Shown here: one piece after another, positions 63,901-64,000 of the stretch | Layout of the letters: each line of letters begins with the position of its first letter | Position numbering within the stretch: position 1 is the stretch's first letter | DNA from: an uncultured virus (IMG/VR IMGVR_UViG_3300034073_003178) | Lineage: Duplodnaviria > Heunggongvirae > Uroviricota > Caudoviricetes | Length of the DNA stretch: 64,000 nucleotides | Reading direction: 5' to 3' (one strand) | Virus record (IMG/VR): IMGVR_UViG_3300034073_003178 | Coordinates: 1-64,000 of that record | Made by a program: the position numbers and the translations under genes | The notes under the pieces: model-generated | Databases searched by the model: none | What the model was told of the DNA's origin: nothing | Seen by the model: only the letters and a program-made list of their open reading frames with translations

Positions 63901-64000
63901 ATTGGAATCAACTTAGCAAGTGTTGGTAAGTTATCAATTAGACGAACAAAAATAAATCCAAGAACAACATTAGTAATGAAATTAGTCAACCATCCAAATA
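60981..64000 (-). CDS. Tail-associated protein with SleB-like and amidase-like domains, 5' end outside the window
   Basis: The frame stays open to the window edge (FGWLTNF matches the paralog's LFDWIKNF). VASRE..VAQSIYNRV..QYEP is Hydrolase_2-like; IYLHW..YHA..HTAYRNS..THAE is Amidase_2-like. Confidence 0.75.
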   Translation of the reverse strand, partial: FGWLTNFITNVVLGFIFVRLIDNLPTLAKLIPIINGVMDGIIDWGGKLLDGLVTFIDWGYSAYDNTVKVFEKIGGKDTAKKFEDFMGKFQDMIQYTLIAGMLFADLALSGGVGGYDTDIPQGIKGKPSGVPSTSNQAARRYAQRFGKDAAIKRFGREGVRSLGGKYARSGATNLARNAFVGLAGKGGAKTTLKFLKPFTKKLPIIGGLLDFGLSVALGEDPGRAAFKAIGATLLGAVGAALGGPFALLTGFAGGWLGDQAGGALYDALFKNKGTKSSSQNKSKGLFGWNSGGVIRGYVSGGTTRGGQYQSEIPKRELKIKKPKRRVIPKPAKLRQGSITGGTKQIKKVFPEPSDIRSPEGTGPQKKEETMNSFGFLSHSYYRFASVPFIGPLLAMPLKVMMGDTVDYGYYKSIGQGFDSFLNKAYDEGAFSDDFKIEKFDIEKIVSKSVEELTTKEMSKIRSDLMQQLMLEKIKSTGGSTKTEGDDCICPEDTGGSANIQGGSADFWTLVAVASREDADPQGSADVAQSIYNRVASGAYSGRTIKDLITAAWQYEPTWRYPSMGSRGRPNRQWFTITDAASAAAASGLSVETMKSVAATLLNPSRQASARSFIQGRTDFKAQGQGVSGISRSSRSNVFGWHYNYKGTKVAPVPNFGASSSPSNASPTTLASSSPAGSVSDCSCDDDNIPDPNGINTPTNPEALGPVGKKGKIYLHWNAAARNNPYGYERKYHAIFTEDGKKYQRTPYSQFNTPEGHTAYRNSLGVGLAVAGMGGAGVDLNNYGSQTPTQRQYEAMAQEAANLAKAWGWSPSMVNVRNVATHAEVGSMKDGIKNSPALWSQGAKSDPDNHGPVAWGGDGSRWDLFKLRQGDSPGSGGDKMRNMIKQKMGSAGKFGGGPVNEGLTKVHPGEFIIDKDSVDTFGINFMDIINEVENKSQLSNAKQSLIKILEEIVPEYSENAPDKVVYNYIPRPSSGGMNVVQKSTSIINMPSKKSYGNPVIDLLSVG

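Noticed and set aside
1..64000. Alternative genetic code or stop-codon reassignment
   Set aside because: The standard code gives long, densely packed ORFs, and there is no suppressor tRNA.

Overview
A 64-kb segment of an AT-rich T4-like (myovirus) cyanophage genome. Nearly all genes are on the minus strand. The cyanobacterial host is inferred from a phage-type cp12 gene, cyanophage-style baseplate genes and T4-like late-promoter motifs. Left to right: (1) 1-4.5 kb, small early-type genes (metallophosphoesterase, RlpA-like, SF2 helicase, HExxH protein) with sigma70-like promoters and a repeated palindromic upstream motif. (2) 4.5-14.8 kb, a glycan-modification island: a GT/GT25/TPR/WavE-like fusion, methyltransferases, a GDPD-like protein, a nucleotidyltransferase, a cupin and a form IV RuBisCO-like protein. 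(3) 14.9-49.8 kb, tail-fibre and virion structural genes, including four proline-poor Gly-X-Gln collagen-like fibre genes and a duplicated three-gene module. (4) 50-50.8 kb, four tRNAs: Thr-UGU, Leu-UAA, Ile-UAU, Leu-CAA. (5) 51-64 kb, a 2OG-Fe(II) oxygenase, gp5-like and hub genes, cp12 and two paralogous tail-associated proteins with cell-wall-hydrolase-like domains. The two strongest leads are nested phycobiliprotein-like domains that keep cysteines at bilin-attachment-equivalent positions inside two putative virion proteins, and a RuBisCO-like protein inside an apparently biosynthetic nucleotide-sugar cassette. All homology calls come from motif recognition by eye and need database or structure confirmation.
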